Assembly: GCA_003583745.1 (NCBI GenBank)
Contig: QXPY01000003.1
Location: forward strand, 84,052-108,051
Direction of reading: 5' to 3'
Source of the DNA: Rhodocyclales bacterium GT-UBC
Lineage (GTDB): Bacteria; Pseudomonadota; Gammaproteobacteria; Burkholderiales; Rhodocyclaceae
Length of the DNA: 24,000 nt
Of the stretch, positions 11,306 to 19,251 are shown in pieces; the stretch's first letter is position 1; each line of letters begins with the position of its first letter. The notes beneath the pieces were generated by a model. That model was not told the origin of the DNA, searched no databases, and saw nothing but the letters and a program-made list of their open reading frames with translations. Made by a program: the position numbers and the translations under genes.

Positions 11306-13498
11306 TCAGCGTTCAAAACTGAAGGCGAAACGCTCACCTTGGCGCCAGCGATGTAAATGCTTTTTCAGGAAGACGCCGAAGGGGTTGCCGCTGCTGGGCA
11401 TGTTGGCCAGGTAGGGATTGATCGCACCAGGGGCGAGATCGAAGACCATCTTGAAACTGGTGCCGAAGCTGTATGAACTGCCCCCACCGCCACCTTGGCC
11501 GCTGGTCAGGAAGTCGCAATTGCGGCGCAAGGCCGGGATTGTCTCGCGCGATCCGCCGTCGTAAGGATGCGAGGCGGAGAGTAGGCGACGCAGCAGGGGA
11601 TGGCGGCGCAGGGTGTGGCGATAATCGACGCGCGGAGGCTCGCTGTTACCGGTGCAGACCGAACGATAGGCGTCGCCGACGATGACTGCCACGGAAGCCG
11701 GCAGCGGCCAGTCGGCATCCGGCTCAAACACGATGGCCATGATATTCCAGCGATGCGCCGGCCACATGTCGAGGTAGCGCACGGCCAAGGGAAGCGACAG
11801 TTCGGACGAGAGAACGCGCAGACAGATGGCTTCGACCCAGCGCTCGAAGAGCAGCGATGGCCCGACGATGCGGGTATCCCCGCGCCACCCGGCGAGCGAC
11901 GAACCGGCCTGTGTCGAGGCGTCGAGCAGGGCCCATAGTCTGGGCATCCAGGTTGCGGCGAAGAGGTCGACGCGGTCATCCTGGATCGCCACGAAGCTGG
12001 CCGCGTCGTGCTGCGCCGTCGCGTCGAGCAGTTCGCGGATGCGCCAGGCCCGCGAAGGTGGGTGCCAGCGGTTGGAGATGTAGGGGGCCGGGATGAAATG
12101 CGTCGAATACTGATTGGCGTACAGGGCGACATCGTCGGGCGGGTTGAACTGGCTCGGCATGTCGTCGAAGGGCACATAGCCGCGCCAATCCCAGCGCGCC
12201 TCGGCGAGCGGCAGGAGCAGGCTGCCCGCTGCTTCGAGACCCTTTTCGCGCGCCGGTAGCAGGCCATAGACCTGCGTACCGATATTGTTCTCGCGGTCGG
12301 CATAAGCCGCGACACCGGGGGCGTTCTGCAAGCGCGCCAGCGCCGCGCGAAACTCCGGCCAGTTGCTGGCGCAATTGAGGGCGTACAGGCTGACCGAGCC
12401 GAGGCCGCGATCGAGCGCTGGCCAGCGCAGGAACAGGCCGAGGCCGTTACGTTCGAGCAGCATTTGCCCACCGGCGAAACCGTAGCTGCGATGGACCTCG
12501 CCCTTGCCTCGGCGTAGGCCGATTCCGCTTTCCCGACAGTCCAGCACCTCCCAACCGCGGAAAGTACGGACGCGCCTCCCGGCGAGATCCACCTCGCCCA
12601 CGAACAGATCCTGATTGTCCATCATCACGCCGGTCATACCCCAGGCGATGTCTCGGTTACGCCCGATGACGATGCCCGGTGCGCCGGGGAAATTTGAACC
12701 GAAAACGTCGAGTTTTCCGGCTGACCGCAGATGGAAGAAAAGATTGAAGCCGGGGCTGACCAAGCCCATGTGCGGATCGCTGCCGAGCAGGGGAAATCCG
12801 GATTTCGTCCGTTGCCCGCGCACCGCGAAGACATTGGAGCCGATATCCGGCGATTCCAGGCCAAGTTTGTCCAGTCCGCTGCGCGCCGAAACCAGCAGTT
12901 CCTCCAGCGCCGTGCCGAATTCATTGGCCGCGCCGGCCGGCAGGGCCGGGTGGGTCTGTCCGGCCTCGTCCATGCTCGAAAACAGGCACGCCGCCCGCTG
13001 CGTGCCCAGGGCCGAGGTCACCAGGCTGTGATAAAGCTCGAACTGCCAGGCCGAATTGATGAAATATTTGAGATGCGCCACCAGGTAGACGTCGACCAGG
13101 CTGAACGCCTGCGGACGATAGCCGAGGGCGATGAATTCGGCGGGCAGGATTTTCGTCTCGACCAGGGCCTGGTTGATGCCCTCCACGTAGGCTCGCAAAT
13201 GGCTGCGCTCGGCTGCGTTGTCCGGATCGTCGACGGCCCGCTCGGCCAGTCTGCGCAAGTCCAGGCTGCGCTGAAAGCGGTCGGTCGCCAGCGACGCCGT
13301 GCCCAAAACTTCGCTCAGCGTACCGCTGGCCAGGCGACGGGTCAGGTCGAGCTGCCAGAGCCGCAGGCGTCCGGTGGCGTAGCCCTGGGCGTGATAGACG
13401 GCGGTATCGCTATCGCCCTCGATGCTCACCAGTTGCGTGTTGGGGAGCGTGATCGTGGCCTTGCCCCAGGCGCTCCGCAGGGAGATTCGCCGCTTCAT
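11306..13498 (-). CDS. Penicillin-acylase (peptidase S45) family Ntn hydrolase without a signal peptide
   Basis: Family N-terminal region (YHAQGYATGRLRLWQLDLTRRLASGTLSEVLG...DRF) and a probable autoprocessing site G|SNVFAV with the Ser codon at 12838-12836, followed by LLGSDPHMG. The ORF track extends to 13891, but that stretch is Arg/Ala-rich overlap with the upstream SDR gene. The ATG at 13498 overlaps the SDR stop (ATGA) and gives 730 aa starting MKRRISLRSAWGKATITLPN, with no hydrophobic signal. Confidence 0.85.
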   Translation of the reverse strand: MKRRISLRSAWGKATITLPNTQLVSIEGDSDTAVYHAQGYATGRLRLWQLDLTRRLASGTLSEVLGTASLATDRFQRSLDLRRLAERAVDDPDNAAERSHLRAYVEGINQALVETKILPAEFIALGYRPQAFSLVDVYLVAHLKYFINSAWQFELYHSLVTSALGTQRAACLFSSMDEAGQTHPALPAGAANEFGTALEELLVSARSGLDKLGLESPDIGSNVFAVRGQRTKSGFPLLGSDPHMGLVSPGFNLFFHLRSAGKLDVFGSNFPGAPGIVIGRNRDIAWGMTGVMMDNQDLFVGEVDLAGRRVRTFRGWEVLDCRESGIGLRRGKGEVHRSYGFAGGQMLLERNGLGLFLRWPALDRGLGSVSLYALNCASNWPEFRAALARLQNAPGVAAYADRENNIGTQVYGLLPAREKGLEAAGSLLLPLAEARWDWRGYVPFDDMPSQFNPPDDVALYANQYSTHFIPAPYISNRWHPPSRAWRIRELLDATAQHDAASFVAIQDDRVDLFAATWMPRLWALLDASTQAGSSLAGWRGDTRIVGPSLLFERWVEAICLRVLSSELSLPLAVRYLDMWPAHRWNIMAIVFEPDADWPLPASVAVIVGDAYRSVCTGNSEPPRVDYRHTLRRHPLLRRLLSASHPYDGGSRETIPALRRNCDFLTSGQGGGGGSSYSFGTSFKMVFDLAPGAINPYLANMPSSGNPFGVFLKKHLHRWRQGERFAFSFER

Positions 13499-14481
13499 GC
13501 GCCCTGGCTCTCGCTCGCCTCGGGCAGCAGCGTCCGAACGTACTCGTCGAAACGCTCGCCGAAAGTCGAACAATGATCCTGCCAGGGCCAACCCAATTCG
13601 GACTCGGCTCGCGTGCTGCTGTACAGATAGCTGCTGCCGTCCATGACCTGCAAGGCTTCCCTCGACAAGGGCAGACGAACGCCCAGCGGTCGTAGGGCAT
13701 CGCAGATTCGCGCCGGCCAGCGCAATGATGCGGGCAGCACCTTTTTCGGCAGCGGCAGCCCGGCCACCGCCGCCGCGCGCTCGATCAATTGCGCCATGCC
13801 GACCGTTTCCCCGGTCAGCAGATAGTTCCGCCCGATAACGCCGTGCTCCAGCACGCGCCGCAAGCCATCGCAGACGGCATCGACCGGGCACAGCTGGAAG
13901 CGGCTCTCGCTGACCACCTGCAGGGGCAGCTTGCCGTGCACGAATTGGCCGAGCGCCTGGGCCAGGTCGCTTTGGTCGCCGGGCCCGAAAATGCCGCCGG
14001 GAATGGCGATAATGACGGGCGCCCCACGTTGTTGCATCGCTTCGGCCAGGCCATGGCCGACGTGTTTCGTCTGCTCGTAGAACGAGCGGAAGTGCCCGTT
14101 GTGACGGCTGCTTTCATCTCCCAGACCGCCCTCCGTTTCGCCAAGGGCGGCGGTGCTGCTGACATGAATGATGCGAGGTACCCCGGCACGCCATGCCGCG
14201 TAGAGGACTTGGCGCGTCGCTTCGATATTCGCTGCCGCCATCTCACTCCGGTCGACGCCACCGATCCGGTAACGCGCCGCCAGATGAATCACCGCATCGC
14301 AAGAGGCCAGATCCGCCTGCCAGCCACCGGGCGTTTCGAGCTTGGCCGGGACAAACTGAGCCGGCAGATCGACCGGCGCGCCGGGCCGAACGACGGCCAG
14401 CACCTCATGGCCGGCGGCGCTCAGGTGTCTTGTCAGATGGCGGCCGACAAAGCCGTTGGCCCCGGTCAGAAAAATTTTCAT
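13495..14481 (-). CDS. Extended SDR (NAD-dependent epimerase/dehydratase/reductase family)
   Basis: Starts MKIFLTGANGFVGRHL (Rossmann GxxGxxG) at 14481, overlapping the LuxC-like stop (ATGA). Contains a YEQTK catalytic Y-x3-K. About 328 aa. Confidence 0.85.
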   Translation of the reverse strand: MKIFLTGANGFVGRHLTRHLSAAGHEVLAVVRPGAPVDLPAQFVPAKLETPGGWQADLASCDAVIHLAARYRIGGVDRSEMAAANIEATRQVLYAAWRAGVPRIIHVSSTAALGETEGGLGDESSRHNGHFRSFYEQTKHVGHGLAEAMQQRGAPVIIAIPGGIFGPGDQSDLAQALGQFVHGKLPLQVVSESRFQLCPVDAVCDGLRRVLEHGVIGRNYLLTGETVGMAQLIERAAAVAGLPLPKKVLPASLRWPARICDALRPLGVRLPLSREALQVMDGSSYLYSSTRAESELGWPWQDHCSTFGERFDEYVRTLLPEASESQGA

Positions 14482-15566
14482 GGTGTCGTGTCGCAACTGA
14501 TAAAACGCACCCATTGCGCCAGCTCCCACTGGCCGTCGTGCGGCGCGGTCAACGGGCGTTCGTGCATGCGCCCGAGGCGGCAGCGGTGATACACCGGCAC
14601 ATCGTCGGGGAATTCGGCTGATACGGCGTCCGATGCCGGCCAGATGCCGAAGGTCTGCAAAATGGGCGCCAGCATCGCCGAGCCGGCGACGATCAGGCGG
14701 AACCCGCGGGGCAACCAGTTGGCAGTGTCCATGGCCGAAATGGAAACGCCCCAGCCGGTTTCCGCATTGACCTCAAGCTTGACGGCCTCGCCCAGCCGTG
14801 CCAGCAGCGCCAATTCGCGCGCTTTGAGCAACTGGCGCAAGCGAATTTCCTCGGGAAGCGACGGCAAGTTGGCAAGCCTCGCCACCAGGGCCGCAAATAC
14901 GGCCTTCGCCGTGTCATCGTCCGGCACCAGAACGAACTGCGGCGAACTGCAAACGTTTTGCATGAACAGGCACGTATCGCGGATCAGCGCATCGATACAG
15001 GCGTTCTGCAAGGCGGCTGACGCCGGCCACTCGGCTATGCCGGCGCCGCTCATCTGCGGGCCGTATTCGATGAGGCGCACACCCGGTGCCGCGACCTGCC
15101 GATAATGCCGGATCAGGTCGGCGCTGCCGGCCATGAGAACGGCATCGACGGCGGTCAGCAGTTCGTCGTCCCTTTGCGACAGGCTATCCCAGTCGGCAAT
15201 CCGGCAGGCATCGTCGTTCCAGCCCAGTGCGTCGCGCAATGCCAGGAGCGCTGGCTGGCTGCTGCGCGACTTCAGCGTTAGGCGGTTGCCGGTCAGTGCT
15301 GCCGCCACCAGCGCAGCAATCACGCCGAGATGGTCGTTTTCGCTGATCACCGCCAGCACGTGCCCAAGGGGTCGCCATGAGCGGTCGCCGAGGTCGGCGT
15401 TCATTTTTGCGGTGAGTACCTTCTCATCGGCCAGCATCCTGACCCGCTGGCGACAGAATTCCGCCGTCGCCACATCGGCCACCGGCCAGTCATCCTGCCA
15501 ACCCTGGAGGCAGAGGCGCAGGGCACTGGCCACCTCGGCCGGCGAACGCCTGAAATCGACGGTCAT
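14478..15566 (-). CDS. LuxC-like acyl-CoA (acyl-protein) reductase
   Basis: 362 aa that aligns by eye with Photorhabdus/Vibrio LuxC. [34 protein letters not shown] matches [41 protein letters not shown] matches DQRACFSAQ, which holds the catalytic Cys. There is a C-terminal HDG motif. It is shorter than the ~480-aa canonical LuxC. Confidence 0.72.
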   Translation of the reverse strand: [362 protein letters not shown]

Positions 15567-16612
15567 GCCGCCGCAGAAGCAGCCTGCGCCGCGCAGGTCG
15601 CCGACGGATCACTGGCGCGTCCGAGGAATTCCAGCCAGGGGCGCGCCTTGCCACAGGCACAGCCACTCCCCATGCGGCCGAGGTCTTCGCTCAGCAGATC
15701 GTGGCTCGGTAGCGAGGCGAAGAAGGGATTCTGCAGGCGGATCAGGCCGCTTTCGCCGGGCGCGGCCGGCGCGCCGTCGGCCCGCACGATCTCCAGCCGC
15801 GAATAGCGCGGGATATGAAAGCGGCCGTGCGGGCAACTGATGTAATGCAGCGGATGTTCGGTCATGCCGAAAATATCCCGAATATCGACCTTTGCCGCGC
15901 CGCCCAACGCCTCGCCGAGACGGGCCATGATCTGCGGGCGGTCCATTTTCCGCGTCATGCCTTTCCAGCCGCCGCCGGTCAGGCCACGCACCATGTTGCG
16001 GAAGGGTAGCGGCGTTTGTGGCGCACTCAGTGCCAAATACTCGAAATGCACGGTCAACCCGAAAATAAAGCAAAAATCGCCATCCTTCGCCCAGCGCGCC
16101 AAGGTTTCCCAAGCCAGTTCAGGCTGAAAGCGTCCGCTGTCATCGACGGCGAAGACGATGTCGGCACTCGGCGCACATGCCGTGAAGCGCAGGAAGCTCG
16201 TCGCGTAACCGGCTTGCGGTGCCCGCCGGGGATCGGGCGAGAGCAGCAGGAAGCGGGCGGGATGCTGACTGACCATGCCCTGGCGATAAAAAATCTGGCG
16301 CATGCCGGCCTCGATGCGCCGCATGCTGGCTGCGTCGAAAAAGACCGACGCCGGACCGTTTTTTCCCGTACCCGAACTCGACAGCCACACGCCTTCGCCC
16401 TCGACCGGCGTCCCCAATTCGCAGCGCTTGAACAGTCCAACCGGGATCAGTGGCCGCTGTTCGCCTTCCCAAAGCGCGGCGTAGGCCGGGTTGCGCGCAC
16501 GGTGCCAGGCATCCGCCTCGGCCATGGCGGCATTGAAGAGAGCGTCGTCGGCCGCCCCGGCATAGGGGTCGTCCAGTAGGCTGAGTTGGTCGATGCTTGA
16601 CGGCGTATTCAT
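15563..16612 (-). CDS. LuxE-like acyl-protein synthetase (ANL/PaaK-like)
   Basis: 349 aa. LSSSGTGKNG matches FTSSGTNG of LuxE. LTGGGWK matches ITGGGWK. IRDIFGMTEHPL matches IRDIFNQVELNT. The C-terminal Cys (SATCAA) lies where the acylated Cys of LuxE sits. ATGA overlaps with both neighbours. Confidence 0.75.
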   Translation of the reverse strand: MNTPSSIDQLSLLDDPYAGAADDALFNAAMAEADAWHRARNPAYAALWEGEQRPLIPVGLFKRCELGTPVEGEGVWLSSSGTGKNGPASVFFDAASMRRIEAGMRQIFYRQGMVSQHPARFLLLSPDPRRAPQAGYATSFLRFTACAPSADIVFAVDDSGRFQPELAWETLARWAKDGDFCFIFGLTVHFEYLALSAPQTPLPFRNMVRGLTGGGWKGMTRKMDRPQIMARLGEALGGAAKVDIRDIFGMTEHPLHYISCPHGRFHIPRYSRLEIVRADGAPAAPGESGLIRLQNPFFASLPSHDLLSEDLGRMGSGCACGKARPWLEFLGRASDPSATCAAQAASAAA

Positions 16613-17826
16613 GGAAGCGTGTTGAACCCGTTGAAAGTCTGTTCGGAAAGTCTGGCCATGTCGCGCACCAGGACGCGCAAGTTGGGACCGTGGTTGATCA
16701 GCGCCCGATGGTCATGCGCCTGGCTGATCACGACCGCGTTGTCGCCCCAGGGCACGGCGTCAGACGAGGCGACCAAGGGGCCGCACGGCGCTGCACTGAC
16801 ATGGCGCAGCGGAAAATGGTCGTCGCCAATTTCGAGGCAACGTGCCAGAAGGTCGGGCGCGCGTCGGCGAATCGCCTCGACCGTCGCCGCCACCGGTTCG
16901 CCGTCATGGCCGCTGACGGCCGTGCTGACGGCCTGGTTGGCAGCATTGACGAACCAGGTTTGCGGCACCGACTGCTCCGCGGCGTTCGTTCCGGAAATGG
17001 CCTGTGAAAACTCCCTGGCCTGGGCCAGCTGCCCTGCCAATCCGGCGTAATGGCAGGGCAGACCGACGTCCCTCCAGCTTCTGGCATCGAAAATGTCGAA
17101 GCCGGCAACCGGCTCGCCAGTTCGATCCATCAAGCGCGATTCGGCCGGCAGGAGTTGATACACCGACGGACAACTGGCCACAGCTTCGGCGCTGAAGCCG
17201 TGGAAGCGCCGGGTGGCCGGCCAATAGCCATTCTGCAGCATGTTGATGGTGTTCCACGAGCCGAGCCAGGGCGGGCCGAAGGCATACCACTTGGCGACCG
17301 ATTCACGCATTTCCGGACGGCATTCCCTGAGCCAGTAGCGAATGGCCATGTTGGCGACGGACTGGCCAATGATGATGATTTTCTGGTCCGCGCCGAAGCG
17401 CGATTGCAAGCGCTCGATTTCAATTTCGATCAGCCGGCCGAGGCGCCGGTAGTCGGCCCGCCAGTCGTAGGCAAGAAAGAAGAGGTCGCAATCCAACCGA
17501 TAGCCCAGACCGACTTCGAGCACGTTGACCACGTCGCGGGTGACGATGCTGCTGAACAAGCCCGGCACGATCTGGAATTCATACAGGGTCTGGTTGGCGA
17601 GCACGCGCCAGGGATCGTCATGGTCGACCCCGTAGTCGGCCTCGTGCGGCTGACGAAAGAGCAGGCCGCGGTAATCGCCCCAAATGTATTCGCCGCACTG
17701 CCGATCGAAGAGCTTGGTCCCGAACAGCCCGGGAATGTAGAGCACAGGCAGCCGGCGAGCCGGCGACTGGCGGGATGAACGCAAAACGACGCGCGAGCGC
17801 AGCCGGGAGTACGCCTTGGCAAGCAT
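16609..17826 (-). CDS. LCAT-family (lecithin:cholesterol acyltransferase-like) alpha/beta hydrolase
   Basis: 405 aa with IPGLFGTKL, the family hallmark YDWR (FLAYDWRADY), and the nucleophile elbow IIIIGQSVAN at the position of the GHSLG motif. Confidence 0.7.
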   Translation of the reverse strand: MLAKAYSRLRSRVVLRSSRQSPARRLPVLYIPGLFGTKLFDRQCGEYIWGDYRGLLFRQPHEADYGVDHDDPWRVLANQTLYEFQIVPGLFSSIVTRDVVNVLEVGLGYRLDCDLFFLAYDWRADYRRLGRLIEIEIERLQSRFGADQKIIIIGQSVANMAIRYWLRECRPEMRESVAKWYAFGPPWLGSWNTINMLQNGYWPATRRFHGFSAEAVASCPSVYQLLPAESRLMDRTGEPVAGFDIFDARSWRDVGLPCHYAGLAGQLAQAREFSQAISGTNAAEQSVPQTWFVNAANQAVSTAVSGHDGEPVAATVEAIRRRAPDLLARCLEIGDDHFPLRHVSAAPCGPLVASSDAVPWGDNAVVISQAHDHRALINHGPNLRVLVRDMARLSEQTFNGFNTLP

Positions 17827-17833
17827 TCAGCGA

Positions 17834-19249
17834 TCAGCGGGGCTGCAGCGGGGCCGGCGGTACGTCGCAGCTTCCGGATTGCGATTGCTCGGTAAGGACC
17901 GTCGGGAAATGTGCCCGGTCAAACACTTCCAGCACGCGAACATCCTTGTCCGCATCGAGATCGATGCGCATGGCCACGACCCGCGCACTCGGCTTCGATA
18001 CCAGGAATCGCAGGCAGGACGATTGCCCACCCATGATTTCCTTGCCATCGGCATCGAGGAAAACATAGCGGATGGGGTTTTCCGTGGCTTGCTCGATGTG
18101 TGCCGCGCCAATCGCCCCACGGAAAACGTGGGTCAGCGAACGACCGGGCTTGCCGGCAAACGCGACCGGCTTGCTTGTTTGGGGCAGGTTCACGATAGGT
18201 AAAACGTGCCCGCAGTGGCCGCATCGATTGCCGTCGAGATGCAACGCAATGCCTTCGCCACTGCGCCGGATCACAACCTCACGGCACTGAGGGCAACAGG
18301 TGTCGACGCTTACGGTATTGGCGGTATTGCCCAAATAGACAAATTTCACGCCGGCATCAAGCGCTTGGCGCCGGGCCTGTTCCAGAAAATTCACATCGGT
18401 TCGCGCCACCTGCGTATACAGGTAATCGGGGTGGAAACGCACATAGTGCAAGGGAATCTCGTCGTCCAGGTTGTCCAGCATCCAGTCGCAGACCCGGCGA
18501 GCCTGTTCGAGGTTGTCGTTGCGCCCGGTGATGCATAGGTTGGACACTTCGAGGTGCGGTCCGCGGCCGCCCTGGCGCGCCCGGTAAACCTGCTTGATAC
18601 CTTCGAGCACTGGCTGCAACTCGCTGCGCGTGAATTTGCGGTAGAAGTCGGCATCCAGCGATTTCAGTGAAATGCTGAAAATGTCCATGACCTCGAGCAA
18701 CTCGTCGATGGCCTCCGGCCCGATGGAAAAGGCTGACTTGTATAGATTGCGCAAACCGGCCTGACGGGCGAGGCGCGCCGTGTCCATGACGAACTCTTGC
18801 CAGACCACCGGATCGTTATAGGTCCACGACAGGATGCCGATGCCGTGACGCACTGCGTAATCGACGACCTGCTCCGGCGTGTAGCGGGCAATATCCTGCT
18901 CACGAACCAGCCTCGCCTGACTGGTCTGCCAGTTCTGGCAGAAGTCGCACTTAAGCATGCAGCCGATGTTGCCGAGCGACAGGATCGGAGCGCCCGGAGC
19001 GTAATGGTAAACCGCCTCGGATTCGATGCGCTCTTCGGTCATCGGCACCGATTTGCCGTAATTCAGCGTCAGGAGCTCGCCGTTGCGGTTGTAACGCACG
19101 CCGCAGAAGCCGAGGCCGCCCTCGGGGATGCGGCACTTGCGGGGTGACAGGTGGCATTCGACTCGGCCGTTAGGCAGCGCCTTCCATAGGCTGGCAGGAT
19201 GCATTCCGTCCTGGAGGGACGCGGTCAAGGTGTGGAGTTTGTCGGACAT
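17834..19249 (-). CDS. Radical SAM enzyme, AmmeMemoRadiSam/PFL-activase-like, with an extra C-terminal domain
   Basis: 471 aa with the CX3CX2C motif in GNIGCMLKCDFCQNW and a family-like N-terminus (LWKALPNGRVEC...GFCGVRYNRNGELLTLNYG). Also LHYVRFHPDY, YLGN and a Cys4 ribbon (CCPQC...CGHCG). About 115 further residues follow with no motif I recognise. Confidence 0.85.
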   Translation of the reverse strand: MSDKLHTLTASLQDGMHPASLWKALPNGRVECHLSPRKCRIPEGGLGFCGVRYNRNGELLTLNYGKSVPMTEERIESEAVYHYAPGAPILSLGNIGCMLKCDFCQNWQTSQARLVREQDIARYTPEQVVDYAVRHGIGILSWTYNDPVVWQEFVMDTARLARQAGLRNLYKSAFSIGPEAIDELLEVMDIFSISLKSLDADFYRKFTRSELQPVLEGIKQVYRARQGGRGPHLEVSNLCITGRNDNLEQARRVCDWMLDNLDDEIPLHYVRFHPDYLYTQVARTDVNFLEQARRQALDAGVKFVYLGNTANTVSVDTCCPQCREVVIRRSGEGIALHLDGNRCGHCGHVLPIVNLPQTSKPVAFAGKPGRSLTHVFRGAIGAAHIEQATENPIRYVFLDADGKEIMGGQSSCLRFLVSKPSARVVAMRIDLDADKDVRVLEVFDRAHFPTVLTEQSQSGSCDVPPAPLQPR

Positions 19250-19251
19250 CG

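Noticed and set aside
11506-13576. Alternate-frame and antisense ORFs within the acylase gene (11506-12471 minus, 12731-13576 plus, and others)
   Set aside because: Their composition is Arg/Ala/Ser/Pro-rich and they overlap the frame that carries the penicillin-acylase family motifs.
13499-13891. N-terminal 131-codon extension of the acylase ORF
   Set aside because: It lies entirely inside the SDR gene in another frame and is Arg/Ala/Gly-rich. The ATGA-coupled ATG at 13498 fits the family N-terminus.
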